The notes below the pieces were generated by a model. It was given only the letters and a program-made list of their open reading frames with translations. It was not told the origin of the DNA and did no database searches. A stretch of 64,000 bases of DNA from an uncultured Pelagibacteraceae bacterium. Lineage in GTDB: Bacteria; Pseudomonadota; Alphaproteobacteria; Pelagibacterales; Pelagibacteraceae. Shown in pieces: positions 19,811-29,380 of the stretch (the stretch's first letter is position 1; each line of letters begins with the position of its first letter). A program made the translations under genes and the position numbers. Where the stretch lies: NCBI GenBank assembly GCA_902623495.1, contig CACNTW010000003.1, positions 36,240 through 100,239 on the forward strand, read 5' to 3'.

Positions 19811-19877
19811 TAAAAGTGATAATATCATAGCCTTAAGTATTTGCATTAAAATAATTTTTGAAATTTGTTGAATTTTG

Positions 19878-20174
19878 ATGAAAAAAAGTCACAGACCCAC
19901 AACCAGAGTTAAAAATCCAGAGCCATCTCTTGATAGTCCAGATTGGGTCATCTGGGCAGCATGGGCAGATAGAATTACTTTTGAGGAAATTGAAAAAAAA
20001 ACTGGTAAGACTGAAGGTGAAGTTATTAAAATTATGAGAAGATCTTTAAAACCATCTTCTTTTAGATTATGGAGAAAAAGAGCAAGTTCACAAAGCATAA
20101 AACACCGAAAAAAATTTGAATACTCAAGAAAATTGATCAAATCAAAGATAAATAAAAACGACTATCTACTATAG
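19878..20174 (+). CDS. TIGR03643/DUF2805 family protein
   Basis: AAWADRITFEEI...EVIKIMRRSLKPSSFRLWRKR is the recognisable family signature. ATG at 19878 preferred over TTG at 19875. Confidence 0.8.
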   Translation: MKKSHRPTTRVKNPEPSLDSPDWVIWAAWADRITFEEIEKKTGKTEGEVIKIMRRSLKPSSFRLWRKRASSQSIKHRKKFEYSRKLIKSKINKNDYLL

Positions 20175-20205
20175 TAATTTATAAAACTAAGATTATATAT
20201 AAGAT

Positions 20206-20460
20206 ATGAAAAATATTATCGTCTACTCTGGACCAATGTGTGGTTATTGTGATGCTGCAAAGCGTTTGCTAACAAGAAATAATTTAAGTTATACCGAAAT
20301 AGATGTATCACTGAAAGATGGTTTAAGAGAAGAAATGACAAAAAAAGCAAATGGTAAAAGAACCATACCTCAAATATTTTTTGATGACTATCATGTGGGT
20401 GGATATCAAGAGTTAAGAGAACTTGAAAAAGCAGGTAATTTAATTTCTAGTTTAAAATAA
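20206..20460 (+). CDS. grxC: Glutaredoxin 3
   Basis: CGYC active site; RTIPQIFF, HVGGY. Confidence 0.92.
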   Translation: MKNIIVYSGPMCGYCDAAKRLLTRNNLSYTEIDVSLKDGLREEMTKKANGKRTIPQIFFDDYHVGGYQELRELEKAGNLISSLK

Positions 20461-20463
20461 ATT

Positions 20464-21327
20464 TTATTTTATCGTAATAGTTACAATAGGTTCCTCAGGA
20501 TAGAATGAACAATGTGAATCTGATTGTCCAGCACAATTACTACCATTATCGCAAACTTCTTGTACACCAAGTGCATTTCTTGTACCAAAAGATATATCGA
20601 TTGTTGGTGGAGTTAATGTGACAGTATAAGGTTTGGCTAAAGCATAAACCAGTTGAACATCATCAGTTGTAACAGAGGATCTCATTGTTGTCATTGCGAT
20701 TGCTGATGAAAGATTAGAAGCTGAGGCTGCATAATCCCAAGTCCAGCCATCATTTTTTGCACAGTTAGCTGTTTCACATTGAGTATAATTGTTACTTGTG
20801 CTTTCGTCTCCCTGTCTACCATCAGTCATATATAAATTCATAGCTGCTTTTGTTCCACCTTCAGCTATTGCTACTTTATGGGTATACTTATCTGTTGCCT
20901 CATCATTTTCATATTGCGCGTCAGTGGTTGCTACAGTAATACAATTATCTGTATCATCAGTTCCACCTGTATCAAGAGCGCTTTCAGATCTAATTATAAA
21001 TTTTCTATCAACTGTGACTCTCATATGAGTATAAGTCTCTCCCAAAGGTAAAAGTGCGGGATCTCCATAATTAGCAGCAGCAGAACCAGCTGCTACAGAA
21101 GCAATGTCTACTTCTTTGTCTCCTGTACCAATAGTTACCGCATCATGACATGCGGCAGCAGTTCCAACATCATCAAAGTCTACAACTGTATAACCAGTGC
21201 AAAGTTCAACTTTTCTCATAATCACTTTATAAACATCAGCATTTCCAGTTGCTGTGGCCGCAATTGCTAGCTTATTAGATAATAAAAATATAAATAGAAA
21301 TGTTGTTAATTTTAAAAATTTTTTCAT
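20464..21327 (-). CDS. Exported hypothetical protein, Cys-containing and acidic/Thr-rich
   Basis: Signal peptide ending AIA; several Cys pairs; start codon overlaps the stop of the upstream barrel gene (TAATG). Confidence 0.75.
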   Translation of the reverse strand: MKKFLKLTTFLFIFLLSNKLAIAATATGNADVYKVIMRKVELCTGYTVVDFDDVGTAAACHDAVTIGTGDKEVDIASVAAGSAAANYGDPALLPLGETYTHMRVTVDRKFIIRSESALDTGGTDDTDNCITVATTDAQYENDEATDKYTHKVAIAEGGTKAAMNLYMTDGRQGDESTSNNYTQCETANCAKNDGWTWDYAASASNLSSAIAMTTMRSSVTTDDVQLVYALAKPYTVTLTPPTIDISFGTRNALGVQEVCDNGSNCAGQSDSHCSFYPEEPIVTITIK

Positions 21328-22163
21328 TAATCAGTCCTTGATATGGTTGCATTGCCATCAAACTCAACCATAATTTTATTATTTCTTTTTACCTTTGTCA
21401 GTAGTTCTCCAGTCATATCTTTATTCTCCCTCCAAATATCTGAACTGATACCATCAGATGCTGTTGATCCTTCTTTTGGAGGATAAACAAACATTAATTT
21501 CACAAAATATTCATCTTCTAAACCAGCTCTATCTTTATCATCATAAGCTAATTCTAACTGCAATGTTGATGATAAAGAAAATTCAGATCCAATTATCAAT
21601 CCTTCAATATCGTTTCTGTTTACGCCATCCCATGAATATGTATTCAAAAATATGTCTGCCCAGTGTAAATAAGGAATCTGAGAAGCTAATCGTAAATCAT
21701 ATCCATCTAAAACTTTTTCTCCGTCCGCATCATCTAATCCAAAATAATTATTATATGCAAATTCTAATACAGCGTTTCTCATTTCCAGACCAATACTTGA
21801 TCTAGCATTTCCTTCATTATCGTAATCTAAAAATAAATTTAATCCAGTAAGTGAAAATTTGTCATCACTAAGAAATCTTTTCCCTAAACCAAAATTTGCA
21901 GTAATTCTCTCATCGTTATTTTTCTCGGTATTGAATAAAGACATTTGGGTAAAATAATTACTATTTTCATTTCTATCTATTTCTCTAACTAACAAGATGC
22001 TGTAATCTGGAGAATGATTTTCTCTTAGATCAATACTTACTTCTGTATCTCCCTCTCCCGGAATTAAGTTTGAAATATACTCAGATACTGAATTTGAAAA
22101 AGCATAAGTAGTTAGAATTATATAACTTAAAAATAAAAATATTAAATTTTTCACAATAAACAC
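21327..22163 (-). CDS. Inverse autotransporter (intimin/invasin-type) beta-barrel domain protein without passenger
   Basis: TANFGLGKRF, GLNLFLDYD, RSSIGLE, VLDGYDLRL, IGSEF strand motifs of the intimin/invasin barrel; protein ends shortly after the barrel. Confidence 0.7.
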   Translation of the reverse strand: MFIVKNLIFLFLSYIILTTYAFSNSVSEYISNLIPGEGDTEVSIDLRENHSPDYSILLVREIDRNENSNYFTQMSLFNTEKNNDERITANFGLGKRFLSDDKFSLTGLNLFLDYDNEGNARSSIGLEMRNAVLEFAYNNYFGLDDADGEKVLDGYDLRLASQIPYLHWADIFLNTYSWDGVNRNDIEGLIIGSEFSLSSTLQLELAYDDKDRAGLEDEYFVKLMFVYPPKEGSTASDGISSDIWRENKDMTGELLTKVKRNNKIMVEFDGNATISRTD

Positions 22164-22199
22164 TATATATGATTTTAAATTTTATTAAGTTTTTTTTTG

Positions 22200-22568
22200 C
22201 TAGTTTTTTGGCTTAAATACTAAACAAACACCATTGTTACAGTATCTTTTGCCTGTAGGCTGTGGACCATCATCAAATATGTGTCCGTGATGTCCCCCAC
22301 ATTTTTTACAATGATACTCTGTCCTAGCATAACCGATATGGTGATCGGTTTTAGTTTCAAATACATCTGGAAGAGATTTAAAAAAAGATGGCCATCCTGA
22401 TCCGCTTTCATATTTTGTTGATGATTTAAATAATTCAGTATCACAGTTAGCACAGTGATATGAGCCCTCTCTTTTTTCATTATTTAATTCGCTTGACCCA
22501 GGAGGTTCAGTTGCTTCTTTAAATAAAATATTTTCTTGTATTGGAGTTAAATTTGAATTTTTTTTCAT
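22200..22568 (-). CDS. msrB: Peptide-methionine (R)-S-oxide reductase
   Basis: YHCANC, KYESGSGWPSF, RTEYHCKKCGGHHGHIFDDGP, RYCNNG. Confidence 0.95.
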   Translation of the reverse strand: MKKNSNLTPIQENILFKEATEPPGSSELNNEKREGSYHCANCDTELFKSSTKYESGSGWPSFFKSLPDVFETKTDHHIGYARTEYHCKKCGGHHGHIFDDGPQPTGKRYCNNGVCLVFKPKN

Positions 22569-23461
22569 TATATAAATTTAGCACATGTTTTATGTAAACT
22601 AGAATGTAATTCTACTAATTTATTAAAATCCACGTTGTATCCACCTCCTAATACTCCACAAATAGGAATTTTATTTGAAAAGAAATTATCAATTACTAAT
22701 TCATCTCTCTTAAATATACCATTATCAGAAATATTTAGTTTGCCCAACCTGTCATTATAGTGAATATCAACTCCAGCAATATAGAAAACAAAATCAAACT
22801 CTTCTTTATTTAAATATTTTAAGTTATTTTTTAAAGTATCGATATATTCTCTATCTTCTAAATTTTCTTCTAATTCAATATCAAGATTACTTATTGATTT
22901 TTTTGCTGGATAATTAACTTTTGCATGCATGCTAAATGTAAAAACTTGATTATCATTTTTAAATATTTCAGAATTACCGTTGCCCTGGTGAACATCTAAA
23001 TCAATAATTAAAATTCTATTTGCTAAACCTCTTGTGGTTAAATATTTAGCTGCTACTGCAACATCATTAAAAACACAAAAACCAGCTCCCTCATTAGATG
23101 TTGCATGATGGCTTCCTCCTGCAGTATTGCACGCAATTCCATAGTTCAAAGCTAGTTTTGTTGCTAGAACAGTTCCTCCTGTTGCCACAAAGGACCTTCT
23201 TACAACGCTATCTACTAAAGGAAATCCAATTTTTCTTATCTCATTATTATTTAATGTTTTGTTCTTTACTTTATAAATGTAATCCTCTGTATGAGCTTGT
23301 TTTAAAGTTGCAATGGAACAAGGTTCTGGCTCATGAAATTTTTCGACTATTTTATTTTTTATTAATAATTTTGCCAATTCTCCAAATTTTTTTATTGGGA
23401 ATTTATTATCATCATTTAGTTTGGCTTCATAATCTTGGTGGTTGACTACTGGTAATTCCAT
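22568..23461 (-). CDS. Histone deacetylase family (Zn-dependent amidohydrolase)
   Basis: GGSHHA, GFCVFND, DLDVHQGNG, AGVD, LGGGY: catalytic and Zn ligands intact. Confidence 0.9.
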   Translation of the reverse strand: MELPVVNHQDYEAKLNDDNKFPIKKFGELAKLLIKNKIVEKFHEPEPCSIATLKQAHTEDYIYKVKNKTLNNNEIRKIGFPLVDSVVRRSFVATGGTVLATKLALNYGIACNTAGGSHHATSNEGAGFCVFNDVAVAAKYLTTRGLANRILIIDLDVHQGNGNSEIFKNDNQVFTFSMHAKVNYPAKKSISNLDIELEENLEDREYIDTLKNNLKYLNKEEFDFVFYIAGVDIHYNDRLGKLNISDNGIFKRDELVIDNFFSNKIPICGVLGGGYNVDFNKLVELHSSLHKTCAKFI

Positions 23462-23476
23462 AATGAATTATAGAGA

Positions 23477-26131
23477 TTATATTTCCCAAGGATTATTCTT
23501 ATTATTGTTAAGGTTATATCTTTTAATTGCTTTTTCTAATATGTTTAATGCAATTTTCTTGTCTTCATAAAGTGTATACAAAGAACTAACGACTATATGT
23601 TTGCTATCTACCTCAAAAAAGTCTCTTAAATTTTTTCGCGTATCACTTCTTCCAAAGCCATCTGTCCCCATTGCTAAAAACTTATTATTTATGTGACTAG
23701 AGATTAATTGTGAATAAGCTCTTACATAATCTGAGGTAGCAATTATAGGGTCATCATTAGAAATAAGTTTTTGTAGATAATTTTGTTTTTTATTTGCAGG
23801 AGACAATGTGTTTTGTCTTAAAACTGATTTAGCATTTTTTTCTAACTCTGAATAACTTGTTATGCTGTATAATCTTGAACCAATTCCATATTCATCTTTA
23901 AGAATTTTAGAAGCTTCGATACATTCTCTAAAGATTGGGCCAGATCCTAATAAATTTATATTAATTTTATCATTTGAATTATCTTTATATAGGTAACCAC
24001 CTTTAATTATTCCATCTTTATTCTTTATATCAATTTTTGGATGAGAATACTTTTCATTATTAACAGTAATATAATAAAATTCATCTTTGCATTCTGTCAT
24101 CATTCTTTTCATTCCTTCATCAAAAATAATTGCTAATTCACTTGCAAAACAAGGATCGTAAGATTTTAAATTAGGAAATGTCGAAGCAATTATATGACTT
24201 TGTCCATCTTGATGCTGCAATCCCTCTCCAGCCAAAGTAGTTCGCCCAGCTGTAGCGCCGATTAAAAATCCTCTCGGCATTTGATCTGCTGCTGCCCAAA
24301 TCAGATCTCCTATTCTTTGAAAACCAAACATAGAATAAAAAATATAAAAAGGCATCATTGGAAAATTATGATTACTGTAAGAAGTGGCTGCTGCTAGCCA
24401 AGAAGAAATTGCTCCTGCTTCATTAATTCCTTCTTCTAGTAATTGCCCTGTTTTAGATTCTTGATACTTTAAAATTGAAGTTGCATCTTCAGGCTCATAT
24501 AACTGACCATCTGGTGAATAAATTCCAATTTGTGAAAATAAGTTTGCCATTCCAAAAGTCCTAGCTTCATCAGCAACTATTGGTACAACTCTTTTTCCAA
24601 ACTCTTTATCTCTCATTATGTTTCCTAAAGACCTTACCAGTCCAGTCGTTGTTGAATATTCTCTATCGCTTTTTTCGAATAAAAAGTTTGAATGTTTTTC
24701 AATTTTTGGGGTTACCAATTGAACTTCTTTAAAACTTCTTTTTGGTAAAGATCCTCCTAAAGCTTCTCTTCTTTTTTTTAAATATTTGATTTCCTCTGAA
24801 TTTTCATCTGGTTTATAAAACTCCATATTTTCTAATTTATTATCTGGAATATCTAATTGAAAACGATCTCTAAACTCTTTTAATGCATCGAGATTTAATT
24901 CTTTTTGCTGGTGGTTTGTCATTTTTGACTCTCCAGCTTTTCCCATTCCATAACCTTTTTTTGTTTTAGCTAAAATGACAGTAGGTTTGCCCTTAGTTTT
25001 AACAGCTGCATTAAAGGCAGCATAAAGTTTTTTAAAATCATGACCTCCTCTTTTTAATTTATCAATTTCATCTTTACTAAGTGAAGAAACCAATTTTAAA
25101 ACTTCTGGATCTTCTGCAAAAAAATTTTTAAGGTTATACTCGCCATCTCTTGCTCCTAAAGTTTGATATTTTCCATCTACAGTTTTAGCAAATCGTTTTA
25201 ATAACAAATGATCTTTATCTTGTTGAAAAATCTTATCCCATTCAGACCCCCAAAGGACTTTTATAACATTCCATCCATTAGCTTTAAAGATTGTCTCAAG
25301 TTCTTGAATTATTTGTCCGTTGCCTCTTACAGGCCCATCTAATCTTTGGAGATTACAATTTATAATAAAAGTTAAATTATCTAATTTTTCTCTTGAAGCG
25401 ATAGATAATCCAGCCAAGCTTTCAGGTTCATCCATTTCACCATCTCCAAATAAACCCCATACTCTTTTATTTGTTTTTAATAAGTTTCTATTTTCTAAAT
25501 ATTTCATGAAACGAGCTTGGTAAATTGCATTAACTAAACCTATACCCATAGATGATGTGGTAAATGTCCAGTAATCTCTCATCAGATAAGGATGACAGTA
25601 TGAAGACAGTCCTTGCTCATTTAATTCTTGTCTATAATGTTCCAAATGGTTTTTTGTTAATCTTCCCTCTAAAAAAGATCTTGCATATATCCCAGTTGTG
25701 CACTGTGATTGATAAAAAATTAAATCAGCCTCATCTCCACCTTTAAAAAAATGATTAAATCCCGTTTCAAATACTTCAGCAAAAGATGCATAACTTGCTA
25801 TATGTCCTCCAAGCCCACCATAATTTTTATTTGCTTTCATAACCATGGTTAAAGCATTCCATCTTAAAATTGCTGTTATTTTTTCTTCAATTGCTAAATC
25901 TCCAGGATAAATTCCTTGATCATATTGTGATATCGTATTTCTGTATGGTGAATATGGAACTGGTGAATATAATACTCTTAAATCTTTTGCTCTTTTCTCA
26001 AGTTTTTCTAAAATTAGTTTGGCACCCTCTCTACCATGATTTTCAACTACTGCATCTAGAGAATCTAACCAATCATTTAATTCTTGATTATCTAATTTTT
26101 GGTTTTGATTAGCTTTAAATTCTTTGCTCAT
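23477..26131 (-). CDS. aceE: Homodimeric 2-oxoacid dehydrogenase E1 (AceE type), orphan copy
   Basis: GGHIASYAS, TPP motif GDGEMDEPES...NCNLQRLDG, YSMFGFQRIGD, GEGLQHQDG, GTDGFGRSD. Likely start MSKEF at 26131. Confidence 0.9.
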   Translation of the reverse strand: MSKEFKANQNQKLDNQELNDWLDSLDAVVENHGREGAKLILEKLEKRAKDLRVLYSPVPYSPYRNTISQYDQGIYPGDLAIEEKITAILRWNALTMVMKANKNYGGLGGHIASYASFAEVFETGFNHFFKGGDEADLIFYQSQCTTGIYARSFLEGRLTKNHLEHYRQELNEQGLSSYCHPYLMRDYWTFTTSSMGIGLVNAIYQARFMKYLENRNLLKTNKRVWGLFGDGEMDEPESLAGLSIASREKLDNLTFIINCNLQRLDGPVRGNGQIIQELETIFKANGWNVIKVLWGSEWDKIFQQDKDHLLLKRFAKTVDGKYQTLGARDGEYNLKNFFAEDPEVLKLVSSLSKDEIDKLKRGGHDFKKLYAAFNAAVKTKGKPTVILAKTKKGYGMGKAGESKMTNHQQKELNLDALKEFRDRFQLDIPDNKLENMEFYKPDENSEEIKYLKKRREALGGSLPKRSFKEVQLVTPKIEKHSNFLFEKSDREYSTTTGLVRSLGNIMRDKEFGKRVVPIVADEARTFGMANLFSQIGIYSPDGQLYEPEDATSILKYQESKTGQLLEEGINEAGAISSWLAAATSYSNHNFPMMPFYIFYSMFGFQRIGDLIWAAADQMPRGFLIGATAGRTTLAGEGLQHQDGQSHIIASTFPNLKSYDPCFASELAIIFDEGMKRMMTECKDEFYYITVNNEKYSHPKIDIKNKDGIIKGGYLYKDNSNDKININLLGSGPIFRECIEASKILKDEYGIGSRLYSITSYSELEKNAKSVLRQNTLSPANKKQNYLQKLISNDDPIIATSDYVRAYSQLISSHINNKFLAMGTDGFGRSDTRKNLRDFFEVDSKHIVVSSLYTLYEDKKIALNILEKAIKRYNLNNNKNNPWEI

Positions 26132-26190
26132 CAAAATAATTATACACAAAAAATTAAAATTTATATCTGTAAAAATTGTCTTAATTTAAT

Positions 26191-27141
26191 TTATTCAATG
26201 ACCCTTTTTGGTTTGCCTGATGCAAAACTTTCAAGATTTTCAATCATTTGATTATAGAAAGTTACATAATTTTCGGCAGTTACGTAACCAATGTGAGGAA
26301 GCAAAAGAGCATTCTGTACGAATCTAAGCTTATGACTTTCAGGTAATGGTTCTTTTTCGTAAACATCTATTCCTGCTCCAGCTATTATATTTGTTGATAA
26401 TGCTATAATTAAATCATCTTCATTAACTATTTCACCTCTTGAAGTATTTACTAAATATGAGGTTTTTTTCATTTTCTCAAATTCTTTAATAGTAATACAA
26501 TCCCTATATCTATCTCCTCCTTGAACATGAATTGACAGAAAGTCTGAATTTTGAATTAAGTCATCTTTGCTACACGGTAAAACGCCAAGCTCTTTGCATT
26601 TATCTAGATTTAAATTTTCACTCCAAGCCATAATTTGCATACCAAAAGCTTTGCCAATTTTTGCAACTTGAGATCCAACTCTTCCCAGTCCTAGTAAGCC
26701 TAAAATTTTACCTTTTAATTCCACACCAATAGTGGATTGCCAATAACCTTGGTACATATTATCTATTTCGGTTTTAAAATTTCTTGCAAGTCCCAAAATT
26801 AATGCCCATGTTAACTCTGGTGTTGGATTACTATTAATATCAGTGCCACAAACAACAATTTTATTTTTTTTGGCTGCTTCTAAATTTACCGATTTATTTC
26901 TCATCCCGCTTGTAACAATTAATTTTAATTTTTTTAAACTTTCTATAAATTTTTTTGTTATTTTTGTTCTCTCTCTCATTATAAAAAGAACTTCAAATTC
27001 TTTTAATTGTTGAATTGCATCATTTTCACCTTCAAATGGCTCATTAAATACCTGAAATTCATATTTTGAAGATAATTTTTTAAGATCAATAAAATCTTTT
27101 GCAATATTTTGATAATCATCGAGTATAGCTACTTTAAGCAT
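26191..27141 (-). CDS. D-isomer-specific 2-hydroxyacid dehydrogenase
   Basis: MLKVAILDDY start (27141), GLLGLGRVG, LVNTSRG, IDVYEKEP, LLPHIGY. Confidence 0.9.
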   Translation of the reverse strand: MLKVAILDDYQNIAKDFIDLKKLSSKYEFQVFNEPFEGENDAIQQLKEFEVLFIMRERTKITKKFIESLKKLKLIVTSGMRNKSVNLEAAKKNKIVVCGTDINSNPTPELTWALILGLARNFKTEIDNMYQGYWQSTIGVELKGKILGLLGLGRVGSQVAKIGKAFGMQIMAWSENLNLDKCKELGVLPCSKDDLIQNSDFLSIHVQGGDRYRDCITIKEFEKMKKTSYLVNTSRGEIVNEDDLIIALSTNIIAGAGIDVYEKEPLPESHKLRFVQNALLLPHIGYVTAENYVTFYNQMIENLESFASGKPKRVIE

Positions 27142-28039
27142 TTTTTTTATTCGAAAGTAATATCCCTGAAATAATAAATATTCCACCGATATAATGATAA
27201 AATAATAATACTTCATCAAATATTATCATTGCAAGAATTGCTGCAAGAATAGGCATTAAGTGTAAATAAATCCCAGCTCTATTAGCGCCTATTAAAGCTA
27301 CACCCTTTATCCAGAAAAAAAAGGAGACGATACCAGGCAACAAAACAACATATGATAAAACAAGAATGAAATTTGTATTAATTATAATTCGATTACCAAT
27401 GTAAATATAATCTATTGCATACATTGGAATAAGAAATATTACCCCAAGCCCAATAACAACTTGAAGTAACGTTATTGGTGATAATCCATAATTTTTTTTC
27501 TTTAAAAGTGCTGAATAAAGTGACCAGGATATCATCGCAAATAATGCAAATAAATCTCCTTTTTCAAAAGCTAAATTTTTAAAGACTTCAAAGTCTGCTT
27601 TGGAAATTATAAATAATACACCTAATAAAGAAAATATAACTCCCAAAACTTGAAATGTATTTGTTTTTTCTATTTTTAAAATTATAGAAAATAAAATTAT
27701 CATAACTGGAACAGTTGAGATCATAAGTACACCTGTAATTACCTGGGTAGTTTTCAAAGAATAAAACAGTGCTGAATTAAAAATACTGACTGCTGTGATA
27801 CCTAGAAAACATAAGAGATAAATATTTTTTAAAATTAATTCCCTTTTTTCAATCATCTCTTTATAAGTAAAAGGTAGTAAAATTAGAAACGCCAGTGACC
27901 ACCTTAATATGTTTAGTGATATTGGAGGTATTTCATTTAAACCTGCTATCTTTCCAACAATAAAATTTCCTGACCAAAACAAAGCTGCTAAAAAAAGCAA
28001 AATAGATGCAATTATGATGTTACTTTTATTTTCAAGCAT
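27134..28039 (-). CDS. DMT/EamA family transporter
   Basis: LFWSGNFIVGK, GDLFALFAMISWSLYS, IGANRAGIYLHLMP. Confidence 0.88.
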   Translation of the reverse strand: MLENKSNIIIASILLFLAALFWSGNFIVGKIAGLNEIPPISLNILRWSLAFLILLPFTYKEMIEKRELILKNIYLLCFLGITAVSIFNSALFYSLKTTQVITGVLMISTVPVMIILFSIILKIEKTNTFQVLGVIFSLLGVLFIISKADFEVFKNLAFEKGDLFALFAMISWSLYSALLKKKNYGLSPITLLQVVIGLGVIFLIPMYAIDYIYIGNRIIINTNFILVLSYVVLLPGIVSFFFWIKGVALIGANRAGIYLHLMPILAAILAMIIFDEVLLFYHYIGGIFIISGILLSNKKNA

Positions 28040-28066
28040 TAAATAGAGTACTATAAAAGATTACTT

Positions 28067-29308
28067 TTAACTAAACCTTATTGAACTGTATGGTTGCAAA
28101 TCTAAATTAGTATTCTCACCTGATATCATTTTAGATATAATTTTTCCTGATATTGCGCCAAGAGTCCAACCTAAATGATGATGACCAAAAGAATAAAAAA
28201 CATTTTTATAGTTTTTTGAAGGCCCTAGAACTGGGAGAAAGTCTGGCAATGTAGGTCTAAAGCCAAGCCACTCATCTTTATGTTCTGGTAGACCATCTAA
28301 CATATCCTTTGCGTTTAATATCAAGTTTTTTATTCTTGATTTAGATGGAGAGTTTTCCAAACCTCCAAATTCCACTGTTCCGACAACACGCAACCCCTGT
28401 TCCATTGGTGTCATTCCAAAACCTCTATTTGCATAAACAATAGGTCTTGAAATTAAATGGTCATAATCTTTGAAGTGAACATGATAGCCTCTTTCAGTAT
28501 CTAAAGGAATATTTTCATGTAATTTATCAGTTAATCTTTTTGAGAATGCTCCACATGCAATTACAAGTTTGTCAAAAATAAATCTTTGCGTTTCTGTTCT
28601 TAAAACAGGTTTTTCTTCGTCAAAATCTATATTTTGAATATTTAATTTTAAAAACTTTCCACCTTTATTTATAAAGTTTTCAAACAATTTTATTAAAATC
28701 TTTCTTGGATTTCTTGCATGTCTAGCGTAATCATAAAAAACTCCACCATGATAAAATGGTTTTAAGTTTGGTTCTAAATCATGAATTTCTTTTTTGTTAA
28801 CCAATTGTTGTTTTACACCTAACTGATCTCTTATTCTAATTTCCAATTCTCTGCTCTTCATATTTTGATCTGTCCAAACATAAAGAATGCCGTTATCTTC
28901 CACTAATCCTTCGAGATCAATTTCATCAAATAATTCATCAAAAGCTGGTAATGATTGATCTAAAATTTGATGCATATTCTTTGCTGTGTGCATCATTTTT
29001 TCTTCTCTACAATTTAAAATAAATCTTGCAAACCAAGGAATCATTTTTGGCACATAATTCCATTTTAATGCTAAGGGGCCTCTTGAACTAATTAACATTG
29101 AGGGAACATCTGCAATTACATCGGGTCTGTTTAAAGGAACAGATGCATAAGGAGAAAAATGTCCAGCATTTCCATATGATGCAGCGCTCCCTGGTTCCTC
29201 TCTATCAAAAAGTGTTACCTGAAAACCTTTTTTTTGTAGAAACAAAGCATTACAAACTCCTTGAATGCCTGCACCAATAATTCCAATTTTTAGATTTTTT
29301 TCTTCCAC
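28067..29308 (-). CDS. FAD-dependent D-amino acid dehydrogenase-like oxidoreductase (DAO family)
   Basis: IGAGIQG, ASYGNAG, ERGYH, WLGFRPTLPDFLP, FGHHHLGWTLG. GTG start. Confidence 0.88.
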   Translation of the reverse strand: MEEKNLKIGIIGAGIQGVCNALFLQKKGFQVTLFDREEPGSAASYGNAGHFSPYASVPLNRPDVIADVPSMLISSRGPLALKWNYVPKMIPWFARFILNCREEKMMHTAKNMHQILDQSLPAFDELFDEIDLEGLVEDNGILYVWTDQNMKSRELEIRIRDQLGVKQQLVNKKEIHDLEPNLKPFYHGGVFYDYARHARNPRKILIKLFENFINKGGKFLKLNIQNIDFDEEKPVLRTETQRFIFDKLVIACGAFSKRLTDKLHENIPLDTERGYHVHFKDYDHLISRPIVYANRGFGMTPMEQGLRVVGTVEFGGLENSPSKSRIKNLILNAKDMLDGLPEHKDEWLGFRPTLPDFLPVLGPSKNYKNVFYSFGHHHLGWTLGAISGKIISKMISGENTNLDLQPYSSIRFS

Positions 29309-29380
29309 ATCTAAAATATATTTTCTTAGAAATACTTATTATATATGATATTTGATCGCGGGTTTATTTAACTTGGATTG

